DNA from: an uncultured Candidatus Saccharibacteria bacterium
Lineage (GTDB): Bacteria; Patescibacteriota; Minisyncoccia; Phycocordibacterales; PALSA-1337
Length of the DNA: 64,000 bases
Assembly: GCA_964367745.1 (NCBI GenBank)
Contig: CAYIYK010000002.1
Span: forward strand, 4,447-68,446
Reading direction: 5' to 3'
Shown here: piece after piece, positions 57,263 through 64,000 of the stretch
Layout: each line of letters opens with the position of its first letter
How positions within the stretch are numbered: position 1 is the first letter of the stretch
Notes under the pieces: model-generated
What the model saw: only the letters and a program-made list of their open reading frames with translations
Database searches by the model: none
Told to the model about the DNA's origin: nothing
Made by a program: the position numbers and the translations under genes

Positions 57263-57493
57263 TCATTTAACATCAGACAACCAACCACTCTCCTTAAGTA
57301 CAGCTCGTGCTTCATTTATTTTAGTATCATCAACAAAAATATCGTATGGTACATTTGGACCATGACTACGACCCGAAGGGCTTAGACTGCCCATTCCAGG
57401 ACCAATCGATGCTTTAATATCAATATTTTCTAATACACCTTTGATTATGGTTGCATCTATTTCTGTTGGTGCTGTGAACAATTTAATTTTCAT
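57263..57493 (-). CDS. Small soluble protein (DUF2007-like?)
   Basis: ORF; the family call is weak. Confidence 0.35.
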   Translation of the reverse strand: MKIKLFTAPTEIDATIIKGVLENIDIKASIGPGMGSLSPSGRSHGPNVPYDIFVDDTKINEARAVLKESGWLSDVK

Positions 57494-57502
57494 TTTTATA
57501 TA

Positions 57503-57745
57503 TTAGCTAATTTTCGCACCATCATCAGATTCAGAATAACTTATCAACCTCCAGACAATTACAACCGATGGAATACTCCAGAATAAAACGTAAGTAAGTA
57601 TTGCATACCACTCAGGTAGATTAATAACTTTTGATGCATTATCGAAATCCATGAATGCTAACACCCATAATATTGCTAGCAAAACGAAACTAATTGGTAA
57701 TGTTACCTTCAGGCTTCTTAGTGCGTAAAATATTCTTTTTTTCAT
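57503..57745 (-). CDS. Small membrane protein (2 TM)
   Basis: ORF immediately preceded by remnant R2. Confidence 0.4.
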   Translation of the reverse strand: MKKRIFYALRSLKVTLPISFVLLAILWVLAFMDFDNASKVINLPEWYAILTYVLFWSIPSVVIVWRLISYSESDDGAKIS

Positions 57746-57815
57746 ATTAAATTATTAATTATTTTTAAATTAACCTTTCCGCTTTCACCACATCAATTTT
57801 ATTATATTCTATCAC

Positions 57816-57890
57816 AATTTTAAAAAATCTCCCCGCGCCCACTCTTGAAAATCTGACGATTCAGATACTCAAGAAATGGCGTGTTGGTGT
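57816..57890. repeat. Conserved about 75-bp hairpin element, copy 1 (copy 2 at 58805-58880), adjacent to the gap-remnant repeats
   Basis: Copy 1: ctcttgaaaatctgacgattcagatactcaagaaatggcgtgttggtgttcttatttcattatcaaagaacag. Copy 2: cctcttgaaaactcaaatgatttaagtactcaagaggtggcgttagtgtttaatattttgctatcaaagtacag. Nested stems CTCTTGA...TCAAGAG. Confidence 0.5.
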
Positions 57891-58033
57891 TCTTATTTCA
57901 TTATCAAAGAACAGATTAAAGATATGCAAACTCCTAACCAGTAGCAACTTTTTCGACTATTTACATAGATTATAATATGTGTTAATATAAAACAAGAAAA
58001 CTGTAGCGGCCACACTTGAAAGGAAGCCTTTAA

Positions 58034-58399
58034 ATGAAAAATGAAATTCTTGTTGGGGTAGTAGCAAATGGATCACCCTCTCTCTTAACCACAATATACA
58101 CTAGCGGCAAATTTGTTTGCGGTGTCAAAAGTGGAACTCCATGGGGTAAATCAATCTACATTAGTGCGGACAATTCGTGTCCGATTAATGATGACAAGAT
58201 CATTCGGGATGGGGCGAAAGACGTTGCCAAAACCCTGAATAAACAGCGAATCCGGATTGTAACACTTACACATGGAGAAAGAGGCCGGTTCACTAACCAC
58301 TCTCGAGTGAAGTGTTTAAAACTTCCACCGAAAGAACTTAATCTTTTCGTAACCACTCTAAAGAGATGTCTAGGTAAAGGTACCAGAGTGGTTACCTAA
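58034..58399 (+). CDS. Hypothetical protein, GC-rich, opposite strand within the cassette array
   Basis: ORF with a hairpin plus T-run downstream (58405-58455). Confidence 0.3.
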   Translation: MKNEILVGVVANGSPSLLTTIYTSGKFVCGVKSGTPWGKSIYISADNSCPINDDKIIRDGAKDVAKTLNKQRIRIVTLTHGERGRFTNHSRVKCLKLPPKELNLFVTTLKRCLGKGTRVVT

Positions 58400-58460
58400 A
58401 AACACTACTTAGATTTCCCCGCCGATCACTTCACTGTGGTCGGCGAATTTTTTATCCAAA

Positions 58461-58718
58461 TCAACCCCAATTAGTGAAAGTTAGAGCAAGAATTAAATAG
58501 ATTAGAGCCAAATCTATAATAATAACTAACGACCCTGCAATTAACCACTTATCTTCTTTCATGACTTTAAAAGCAAAGAAAATTGAAACTAGAACTGGAA
58601 TTATGGTCATTATAAGTACAAAGTATAGTGAGGTTCCAAAAAATCTAGGGGCAATGTTCACCAGAAAAATAAGGACTGGTGAGAGTATTACCGCTAATAA
58701 ACTTTTAATTAAATTCAT
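58461..58718 (-). CDS. Small membrane protein (3 TM)
   Basis: ORF immediately preceded by remnant R3. Confidence 0.4.
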   Translation of the reverse strand: MNLIKSLLAVILSPVLIFLVNIAPRFFGTSLYFVLIMTIIPVLVSIFFAFKVMKEDKWLIAGSLVIIIDLALIYLILALTFTNWG

Positions 58719-58946
58719 GTTCTTTAGATTAACCTCTCTACTTTTTAATCACCCAATTTTGTAAACATATTATAACACAATTTTAGAAAAACCTCCTCGC
58801 TCTTACCTCTTGAAAACTCAAATGATTTAAGTACTCAAGAGGTGGCGTTAGTGTTTAATATTTTGCTATCAAAGTACAGTATTATGCTATCGGAAATCCT
58901 GATGAATAGCGAGGAATATCTGATACCTTTGCAATATTTGATAACA

Positions 58947-59417
58947 TTACTTAGTATCATATACTGATCTCGTCATATAGAAGAACGAAATTATTATTAA
59001 AATAATATAAATACCTACAACCAACATCCACAAACTAGGACTATATTCCGAATATCTGTGATCATTACCACATATACCAATTAAATTAAAACCATTCAAC
59101 ATATAAGAAAGGAAACTGAATGAACCCATAGCATCTCCGCAATCTTGTCTGTTGAATAACAATCCAAGTAATTGAAAAATTACAAGGGGTATTAATCCTA
59201 GCAAATTATAAGATATATATTTTATATGCTTCACACTCCTGATTACACTTATGATTAACATTATTAGAGCGATTACAGCGAACGGTAACCATATATATAA
59301 AAGTACTACAAACCCACTCCAGCCTCCAGTTGTCAACAAAAATAACCACCCATTAACGATCAAGTACAGAACGGTTAGTAGAAAAAAATTCCAATTACCT
59401 AATTTTATTATTTTCAT
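58947..59417 (-). CDS. Membrane protein (4 TM)
   Basis: Hydrophobic ORF. Confidence 0.4.
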   Translation of the reverse strand: MKIIKLGNWNFFLLTVLYLIVNGWLFLLTTGGWSGFVVLLYIWLPFAVIALIMLIISVIRSVKHIKYISYNLLGLIPLVIFQLLGLLFNRQDCGDAMGSFSFLSYMLNGFNLIGICGNDHRYSEYSPSLWMLVVGIYIILIIISFFYMTRSVYDTK

Positions 59418-59761
59418 AAATTTTTATAAGATACCGACTTAATAAGGCCAATTAATAAAGTTACGAGACTTACTAAACCTAAAACAATCCATAACCCCCA
59501 AATCATATAACCAAACACGAAATTTCCAGGATCACCCACGAAAACAAGTGGTAAAGAGATAAGTAGAAATAAAATAGTATACGATGATATTGAGATCAAT
59601 CTATTTGATCGCAAAAAACCCGTCGCAAAAAGTAGATTAGAAACTCCAATGGTAATTACTCCTATCCCAAGTGTCGGCTGAGCGTTATCAAACCATCCCA
59701 TAAATAATACTACGGCACCTATAATCAATAAAAGCCCTACGATCCATTGAATTATTCTCAT
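59414..59761 (-). CDS. Membrane protein (4 TM)
   Basis: ORF immediately preceded by remnant R4. Confidence 0.4.
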   Translation of the reverse strand: MRIIQWIVGLLLIIGAVVLFMGWFDNAQPTLGIGVITIGVSNLLFATGFLRSNRLISISSYTILFLLISLPLVFVGDPGNFVFGYMIWGLWIVLGLVSLVTLLIGLIKSVSYKNL

Positions 59762-59850
59762 ATATTTTTATTATATTAACCTCCCCGCTTTCACCACATG
59801 CCTCACAAACGTATTCGTATACCTCATCTCGTTATTGTGCCAAGCGACGC
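59762..59850 (-). repeat. R4: an about 85-bp direct-repeat copy of the gap 3' end. It still encodes ...SVAWHNNEMRYTNTFVRHVVKAGRLI* in frame; gap itself ends ...LAWYDNEMGYTHTLVRHVIKAGRLI*.
   Basis: I compared the nucleotide and translated sequences by hand. Other copies are R5 at 60075-60150 (frameshifted), R3 at 58719-58760, R2 at 57746-57790, R1 at 57221-57262, and partial copies at 57801-57816 and 58793-58815. Confidence 0.6.
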
Positions 59851-60074
59851 TTTCTAATTATTCCGTATAACCATCCCGCTATTACTCCAAATGCTATTAA
59901 TGGTAGGTAAGCAAATTTAATCAGAACCGGATCTACCAATAAACTAGTAAAAGTTAGGGGCTCACAAATAGGACCACTACAAGGAACCTCGACGGTACTC
60001 AAATATATTGCGATCGTGAAAGAAGCTAGTACTCCACAGAAACCTCCAATAATCCAAGATTGTGTTAGTTTCAT
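59832..60074 (-). CDS. Small membrane protein (2 TM, CxxxxC)
   Basis: ORF immediately preceded by remnant R5. Confidence 0.4.
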   Translation of the reverse strand: MKLTQSWIIGGFCGVLASFTIAIYLSTVEVPCSGPICEPLTFTSLLVDPVLIKFAYLPLIAFGVIAGWLYGIIRKRRLAQ

Positions 60075-60150
60075 ATGTTTAAATTAATTTACCCACTTTC
60101 ACCACATGCCTCACCGACATATTCTTGTACCTATCTCATTCTCACACCAC
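60075..60150 (-). repeat. R5: a degenerate copy of the gap 3' end
   Basis: ggtgtgagaatgagataggtacaagaatatgtcggtgaggcatgtggtgaaagtgggtaaattaatttaa aligns with the gap 3' end ggtatgataatgagatggggtatacgcatactttggttaggcatgttattaaagcaggacgattaatataa. Confidence 0.6.
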
Positions 60151-60151
60151 C

Positions 60152-60382
60152 CTAATAAACTGCCTTATTCTCAATTTTACCTCCACAGTTAGCATCGACC
60201 CAGTTTGCATCGTAATCAGATATTTTTCGTACTTCACCATTTTTTAGGTAGTAAGCTTTTCCTCCAGCACCTGGCATCAGATCACCAGCAATTGCATCTG
60301 GACATTCTTGAAGTTTTGGTTGGTAGACTGCATATGCAGATATTCCTATCACAATTACCACAATAATGATTACATATTTCAT
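60152..60382 (-). CDS. Small exported or anchored protein (N-terminal TM, two Cys)
   Basis: ORF starting 5 nt after the gap stop codon. Confidence 0.4.
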   Translation of the reverse strand: MKYVIIIVVIVIGISAYAVYQPKLQECPDAIAGDLMPGAGGKAYYLKNGEVRKISDYDANWVDANCGGKIENKAVY

Positions 60383-60387
60383 AATAG

Positions 60388-61380
60388 TTATATTAATCGT
60401 CCTGCTTTAATAACATGCCTAACCAAAGTATGCGTATACCCCATCTCATTATCATACCAAGCCAAAACTTTCACTAGATTCCCCCCAACCACTCTCGTAA
60501 AAGCTAGATCTGCTATTGAAGCATAACTACTTCCCTTTATGTCTGAAGAAACTAGGTTTTCTTCTGTAACTGTAAATATTCCTTCCCATCTTTTATTCCC
60601 CGCAGCTTTTTTTAATATTTCATTTACTTCTTCAGCTGTTGTATTTTTCTTTGAAATAAAAGTTATATCAACAATAGAACCAACAACTACAGGAACTCGT
60701 ATAGATATGCCATCGAAAAGTCCTTTTAGATTCTCCATCACTTTTGTAACAGCGATTGCTGCACCTGTTGATGAAGGTACGATATTTTGTGCTGCTGCGC
60801 GACCTTCTCGCATATCCTTTTTACTTGGACCATCTACTATAGCCTGACTTGCTGTATATGCATGAACAGTATTTAGAAGAGCCTTTTCCACACCTAGTGC
60901 TTCATCAAGTATTGCAAGCAATGGACTTCCTGCATTTGTAGTGCAAGATGCGTTTGAAGAGATTTGGCATGTACTAAGCTTGTCTTCATTCATTCCCATA
61001 AGCACTGTCTCGCCTTTTACAACTGAACCTGGTTCGTCTTTTATAGGAGCAGTTACAACAACTCTTTTTGCACCAGCTACTATATGAGCTTGTGCTTTGT
61101 CACTAGAAGTAAAGAGGCCTGTAGATTCTACAACTACGTCTATATCCATATCTTTCCAAGGAAGTTTTGTAGGATCCTTTTCGCTAATATATTTTACCCC
61201 TTTCAAATCATAGTTGGTCTTGCCATAAGCAGTATCGTATTTTAAAAGGTATTCAATATTTTCAATTGATGTTAGATCATTAATTGCCACAACTTCCAAA
61301 TCTGAACTTTCTTTAGATAATTTATAAAATGCTCGTCCGATTCTTCCGAAACCATTTATTGCAACTTTTATTTTTTTCAT
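60388..61380 (-). CDS. gap: Glyceraldehyde-3-phosphate dehydrogenase (type I)
   Basis: KVAINGFGRIGR, the catalytic ASCTTN motif, and WYDNE near the C-terminus. Start adjusted to MKKIKV. Confidence 0.9.
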   Translation of the reverse strand: MKKIKVAINGFGRIGRAFYKLSKESSDLEVVAINDLTSIENIEYLLKYDTAYGKTNYDLKGVKYISEKDPTKLPWKDMDIDVVVESTGLFTSSDKAQAHIVAGAKRVVVTAPIKDEPGSVVKGETVLMGMNEDKLSTCQISSNASCTTNAGSPLLAILDEALGVEKALLNTVHAYTASQAIVDGPSKKDMREGRAAAQNIVPSSTGAAIAVTKVMENLKGLFDGISIRVPVVVGSIVDITFISKKNTTAEEVNEILKKAAGNKRWEGIFTVTEENLVSSDIKGSSYASIADLAFTRVVGGNLVKVLAWYDNEMGYTHTLVRHVIKAGRLI

Positions 61381-61417
61381 TCCCATATTATATGATATAT
61401 GTAGTATAATAGGAAGA

Positions 61418-63100
61418 ATGAAAGCAACAAAAGTATTTTTAAAAACAAGAAAAGTTTTATCAATAACAATACTATTAGTAGTGCTCGGTATTGGATATTG
61501 GTCATACAATAAATTCTTTTCAAAACCTCCACAACCAAGCTATGTAGTAGCAAATGCAAAAAGAGGAGATATAGTAAAATCTGTCACAGGAACTGGCCAA
61601 GTCTCTGCATCAAGTCAAATAGATATAAAATCAAAAGCGTCTGGAGATCTAGTTTTCTTAAATACAAAGGACAATGGTACAGAAATAAAAAAAGGGACTT
61701 TGATCGCTCAAGTAGATACAAGAGATATAGCTATTAGTCTTGAAAATGCAAAAATCGCTTATGCAAAACTAGTTAAGCCTGCGGACTTACCAAGTACTCT
61801 TGAAGCAGAGAGTGCATTAAATGATGCAATATCATCAAGTAAAAAATCATACGATGATGCTTGGAATACTGTTGCTGATACCTTCACTGATCTACCAACA
61901 ATAATGGCTGGCGCTGATAGCCTTATTTATAGCAAAAATGGATATTTAAATGAATCACAAGTCAGAAGTGTCTCCCTACTCGCAGTTAGTTATCAAAGAA
62001 AAGCAGGTTTAAGTTACGATAAAGCTGAAAAAAAATACGAGTCTTTGCTTGAAGAATACAAGAACTTTTCAAGGACAAGTTCTCCTGATACCATCGAATC
62101 TTTTACAAATAGTGTTTATCTTCTAACAAAAGATGTATCTGATGCAGTAAAAAATATTCAAGGTACTTTGGACTATGTTAGAAAACAAAAAAATGATGAT
62201 AGTGGATCAGCTGAAGCAACAAGTGCTAACGAATGGGCAAATACGATAAATACTGACTTGGCAAATCTACTAACAGCGAAAACTGCAATTACAAGTGCAG
62301 GTGAAAGCGTAAAGAAAAAAAATGCCGATCTTATAAAACTAAAAACAGGTCCGGACAATTTAGATATTTCTGCCCAAAAACTAAATCTGCAGCAAGCACA
62401 GAACAATTATGATGACTATTTCATAAGAGCTCCATTTGATGGTGTTCTAGCCAGACTATCAGTCAAACCAACTGATACTGTTAGTAATGGAACAGTGATT
62501 GGTACATTAGTATCTTCACATAAGATAACTACGATAACATTAAACGAAGTTGATGTTGAAAAAGTAAGAGTAGGTCAAAAAGCAGAATTAACTTTTGATG
62601 CAATACAAGATCTAAGGATTCCAGGTACAGTAATAACGGTTGATCTAGTAGGCACAGTATCTCAGGGCGTTGTTAATTACAATGTAGAACTTTCACTAGA
62701 CGAACAGGATGAAAGAATAAAATCTGGAATGAGTGTTACGGCAGATATAAAAACCGAAACAACTCAAAACGTAATAATTGTTCCAAATAGTTCAGTTAAA
62801 ACCCAAGGAAGAATGAGTTTTGTTGAAGTATTTGAAAATCCACTTCCAATGATAAAAGGAAATACACCTATAACGTCTAGTATTCCTCCCGTACAAAAGA
62901 AAGTAGAAATAGGAACATCGAATGATTCTTTTACAGAGATTATTTCTGGAATAAATGAAGGAGATCAAGTCGTAGTTAGAACTATCACAACAGCAGTCGT
63001 AGCAAAAACAACTCCAACAATATTTAGTGCAGCGGGTGTTGGAAATAGAAATATTGGTGGCAGTACAAGGCCAAGTACAACAGGAGCACCAAGAAATTAA
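61418..63100 (+). CDS. Efflux periplasmic adaptor (membrane fusion protein, MacA/HlyD family)
   Basis: N-terminal TM, long coiled coil, YFIRAPFDGVLARLSVKPTDTV lipoyl/beta-barrel motifs; located upstream of a MacB-type ATPase. Confidence 0.7.
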   Translation: MKATKVFLKTRKVLSITILLVVLGIGYWSYNKFFSKPPQPSYVVANAKRGDIVKSVTGTGQVSASSQIDIKSKASGDLVFLNTKDNGTEIKKGTLIAQVDTRDIAISLENAKIAYAKLVKPADLPSTLEAESALNDAISSSKKSYDDAWNTVADTFTDLPTIMAGADSLIYSKNGYLNESQVRSVSLLAVSYQRKAGLSYDKAEKKYESLLEEYKNFSRTSSPDTIESFTNSVYLLTKDVSDAVKNIQGTLDYVRKQKNDDSGSAEATSANEWANTINTDLANLLTAKTAITSAGESVKKKNADLIKLKTGPDNLDISAQKLNLQQAQNNYDDYFIRAPFDGVLARLSVKPTDTVSNGTVIGTLVSSHKITTITLNEVDVEKVRVGQKAELTFDAIQDLRIPGTVITVDLVGTVSQGVVNYNVELSLDEQDERIKSGMSVTADIKTETTQNVIIVPNSSVKTQGRMSFVEVFENPLPMIKGNTPITSSIPPVQKKVEIGTSNDSFTEIISGINEGDQVVVRTITTAVVAKTTPTIFSAAGVGNRNIGGSTRPSTTGAPRN

Positions 63101-63105
63101 AAAAT

Positions 63106-63810
63106 ATGATTGAAATTACAAATGTTACAAAAACTTACAATAGTGGTGAGACTAGCTTCCAAGCACTAAAAGGAGTCAGTTTTGAAATCGAAGAAGGAGA
63201 ATTCGTAGCTATTATGGGTCCATCAGGATCAGGTAAATCTACTCTCATGCATATTTTGGGCGCTCTAGATACTCCAAGTTCAGGAAAATATTTCCTAGCT
63301 GGAAAGGATGTATCAAAACTTTCAGACGATGAACTGGCAAACATAAGAAGAGAAAAAATTGGTTTCGTTTTTCAATCGTTTAATCTTTTATCTAGAGCAA
63401 CTGTACTTAGAAACGTTACCCTTCCCCTTGTATATGAAGGTATTGAAATAAAAGAAAGAGAAAGACGTGCGCGTGAAGCATTGTTTGCAGCTGGACTTGA
63501 TGAAACTCATTTCCTTCATCTTTCAAATCAACTATCTGGAGGTCAGATACAAAGAGTTGCTATCGCACGTGCTCTAGTAAACAATCCAAAACTAATACTT
63601 GCAGATGAACCTACTGGTAATCTAGATTCAAAGACTGGAGAAATAGTTCTAGGAACTTTTCAAAAATTAAATAAAGATTTGGGAAGAACTATTATACTTA
63701 TTACTCACGAAACTGATGTAGCTCAACATGCAGAAAGAATAATACATATAAAAGATGGTTTGATTCTTAGTGATAAGAAAAATACAAATAGAAAAATAAT
63801 AAAACAATGA
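63106..63810 (+). CDS. ABC transporter ATP-binding protein (MacB/LolD-type)
   Basis: GPSGSGKST Walker [16 protein letters not shown] signature, [11 protein letters not shown] Walker B. Confidence 0.9.
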   Translation: MIEITNVTKTYNSGETSFQALKGVSFEIEEGEFVAIMGPSGSGKSTLMHILGALDTPSSGKYFLAGKDVSKLSDDELANIRREKIGFVFQSFNLLSRATVLRNVTLPLVYEGIEIKERERRAREALFAAGLDETHFLHLSNQLSGGQIQRVAIARALVNNPKLILADEPTGNLDSKTGEIVLGTFQKLNKDLGRTIILITHETDVAQHAERIIHIKDGLILSDKKNTNRKIIKQ

Positions 63811-64000
63811 CAATTTTGGACATAATACAAGAGACAAATAGTGCCCTATCAGCCAACAAAGTAAGGTCAGGTTTGACTATGCTAGGCATTGTTATAGGAA
63901 TAAGCTCGGTAATTGCCCTAATATCCATTGGAAACGGCGCTAAAGCTAGTATAGAGGGTAATATAGAGAAATTAGGCTCAAATCTATTAACCGTAGTTCC
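63807..64000 (+). CDS. ABC transporter permease (MacB/FtsX family), 3'-truncated by the window end
   Basis: I translated 63807 onward by hand: [51 protein letters not shown]..., the canonical MacB N-terminal TM1. Confidence 0.7.
   Translation, partial: MTILDIIQETNSALSANKVRSGLTMLGIVIGISSVIALISIGNGAKASIEGNIEKLGSNLLTVV

Noticed and set aside
56945-60465. Interpreting the repeat array as a CRISPR array or as a classical integron
   Set aside because: The repeats are of unequal length (about 16-85 bp), derive from a protein-coding 3' end, and the 'spacers' are 300-1000-bp gene-containing segments, so it is not CRISPR. A GTTAGGC heptamer (an integron core-like sequence) occurs in the gap 3' end, but there is no intI/attI or Pc in the window and the repeats lack attC R''-L''/L'-R' symmetry. 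I prefer the description 'tandem site-specific accretion at the gap 3' end' and leave the recombinase unidentified.

Overview
This is a low-GC (about 30-33%), gene-dense bacterial chromosome segment. Its proteins are compact (ValRS 715 aa, primary sigma factor 306 aa, UvrA 871 aa) and its transketolase is split into two genes, which fits a reduced-genome Patescibacteria/CPR-like organism; I cannot confirm taxonomy from sequence alone. Housekeeping content: gyrA, valS, uvrA/uvrB/uvrC, ftsA-ftsZ, rpsA, rpsU, ybeY, pth, lepB, trxB, gap, rpiB-rpe-tktN/tktC, a primary sigma factor, tRNA-Glu(UUC), a GT35 alpha-glucan phosphorylase, and the start of a MacA/MacB-type efflux system. Accessory content falls into five groups. 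(1) A type IV pilus locus (pilB-pilC plus four pilin-like genes, including an unannotated 55-aa mini-prepilin and a 447-aa prepilin with beta-propeller-like repeats). (2) An operon of a SAM-methyltransferase, an orphan solute-binding-protein-like gene and six tandem paralogous small secreted two-TM proteins that look like VirB2/TrbC-type pilins, with no other type IV secretion genes nearby. (3) Downstream of gap, a tandem array of small, mostly membrane-protein cassettes punctuated by at least six direct-repeat remnants of the last 30-90 bp of the gap ORF, plus a conserved about 75-bp hairpin element in two copies. The pattern looks like serial site-specific insertion at the gap 3' end. (4) A DinD/RhuM-like gene plus two small membrane proteins inserted between the two transketolase subunit genes. 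(5) GC-rich intergenic loci with promoter-like and terminator-like signals (candidate sRNAs), a 230-bp segment bounded by an 11-bp perfect inverted repeat, and several recurring intergenic sequence motifs. No rRNA genes or CRISPR arrays were seen. All functional calls rest on motifs I recognised by eye, so close homology assignments are tentative.
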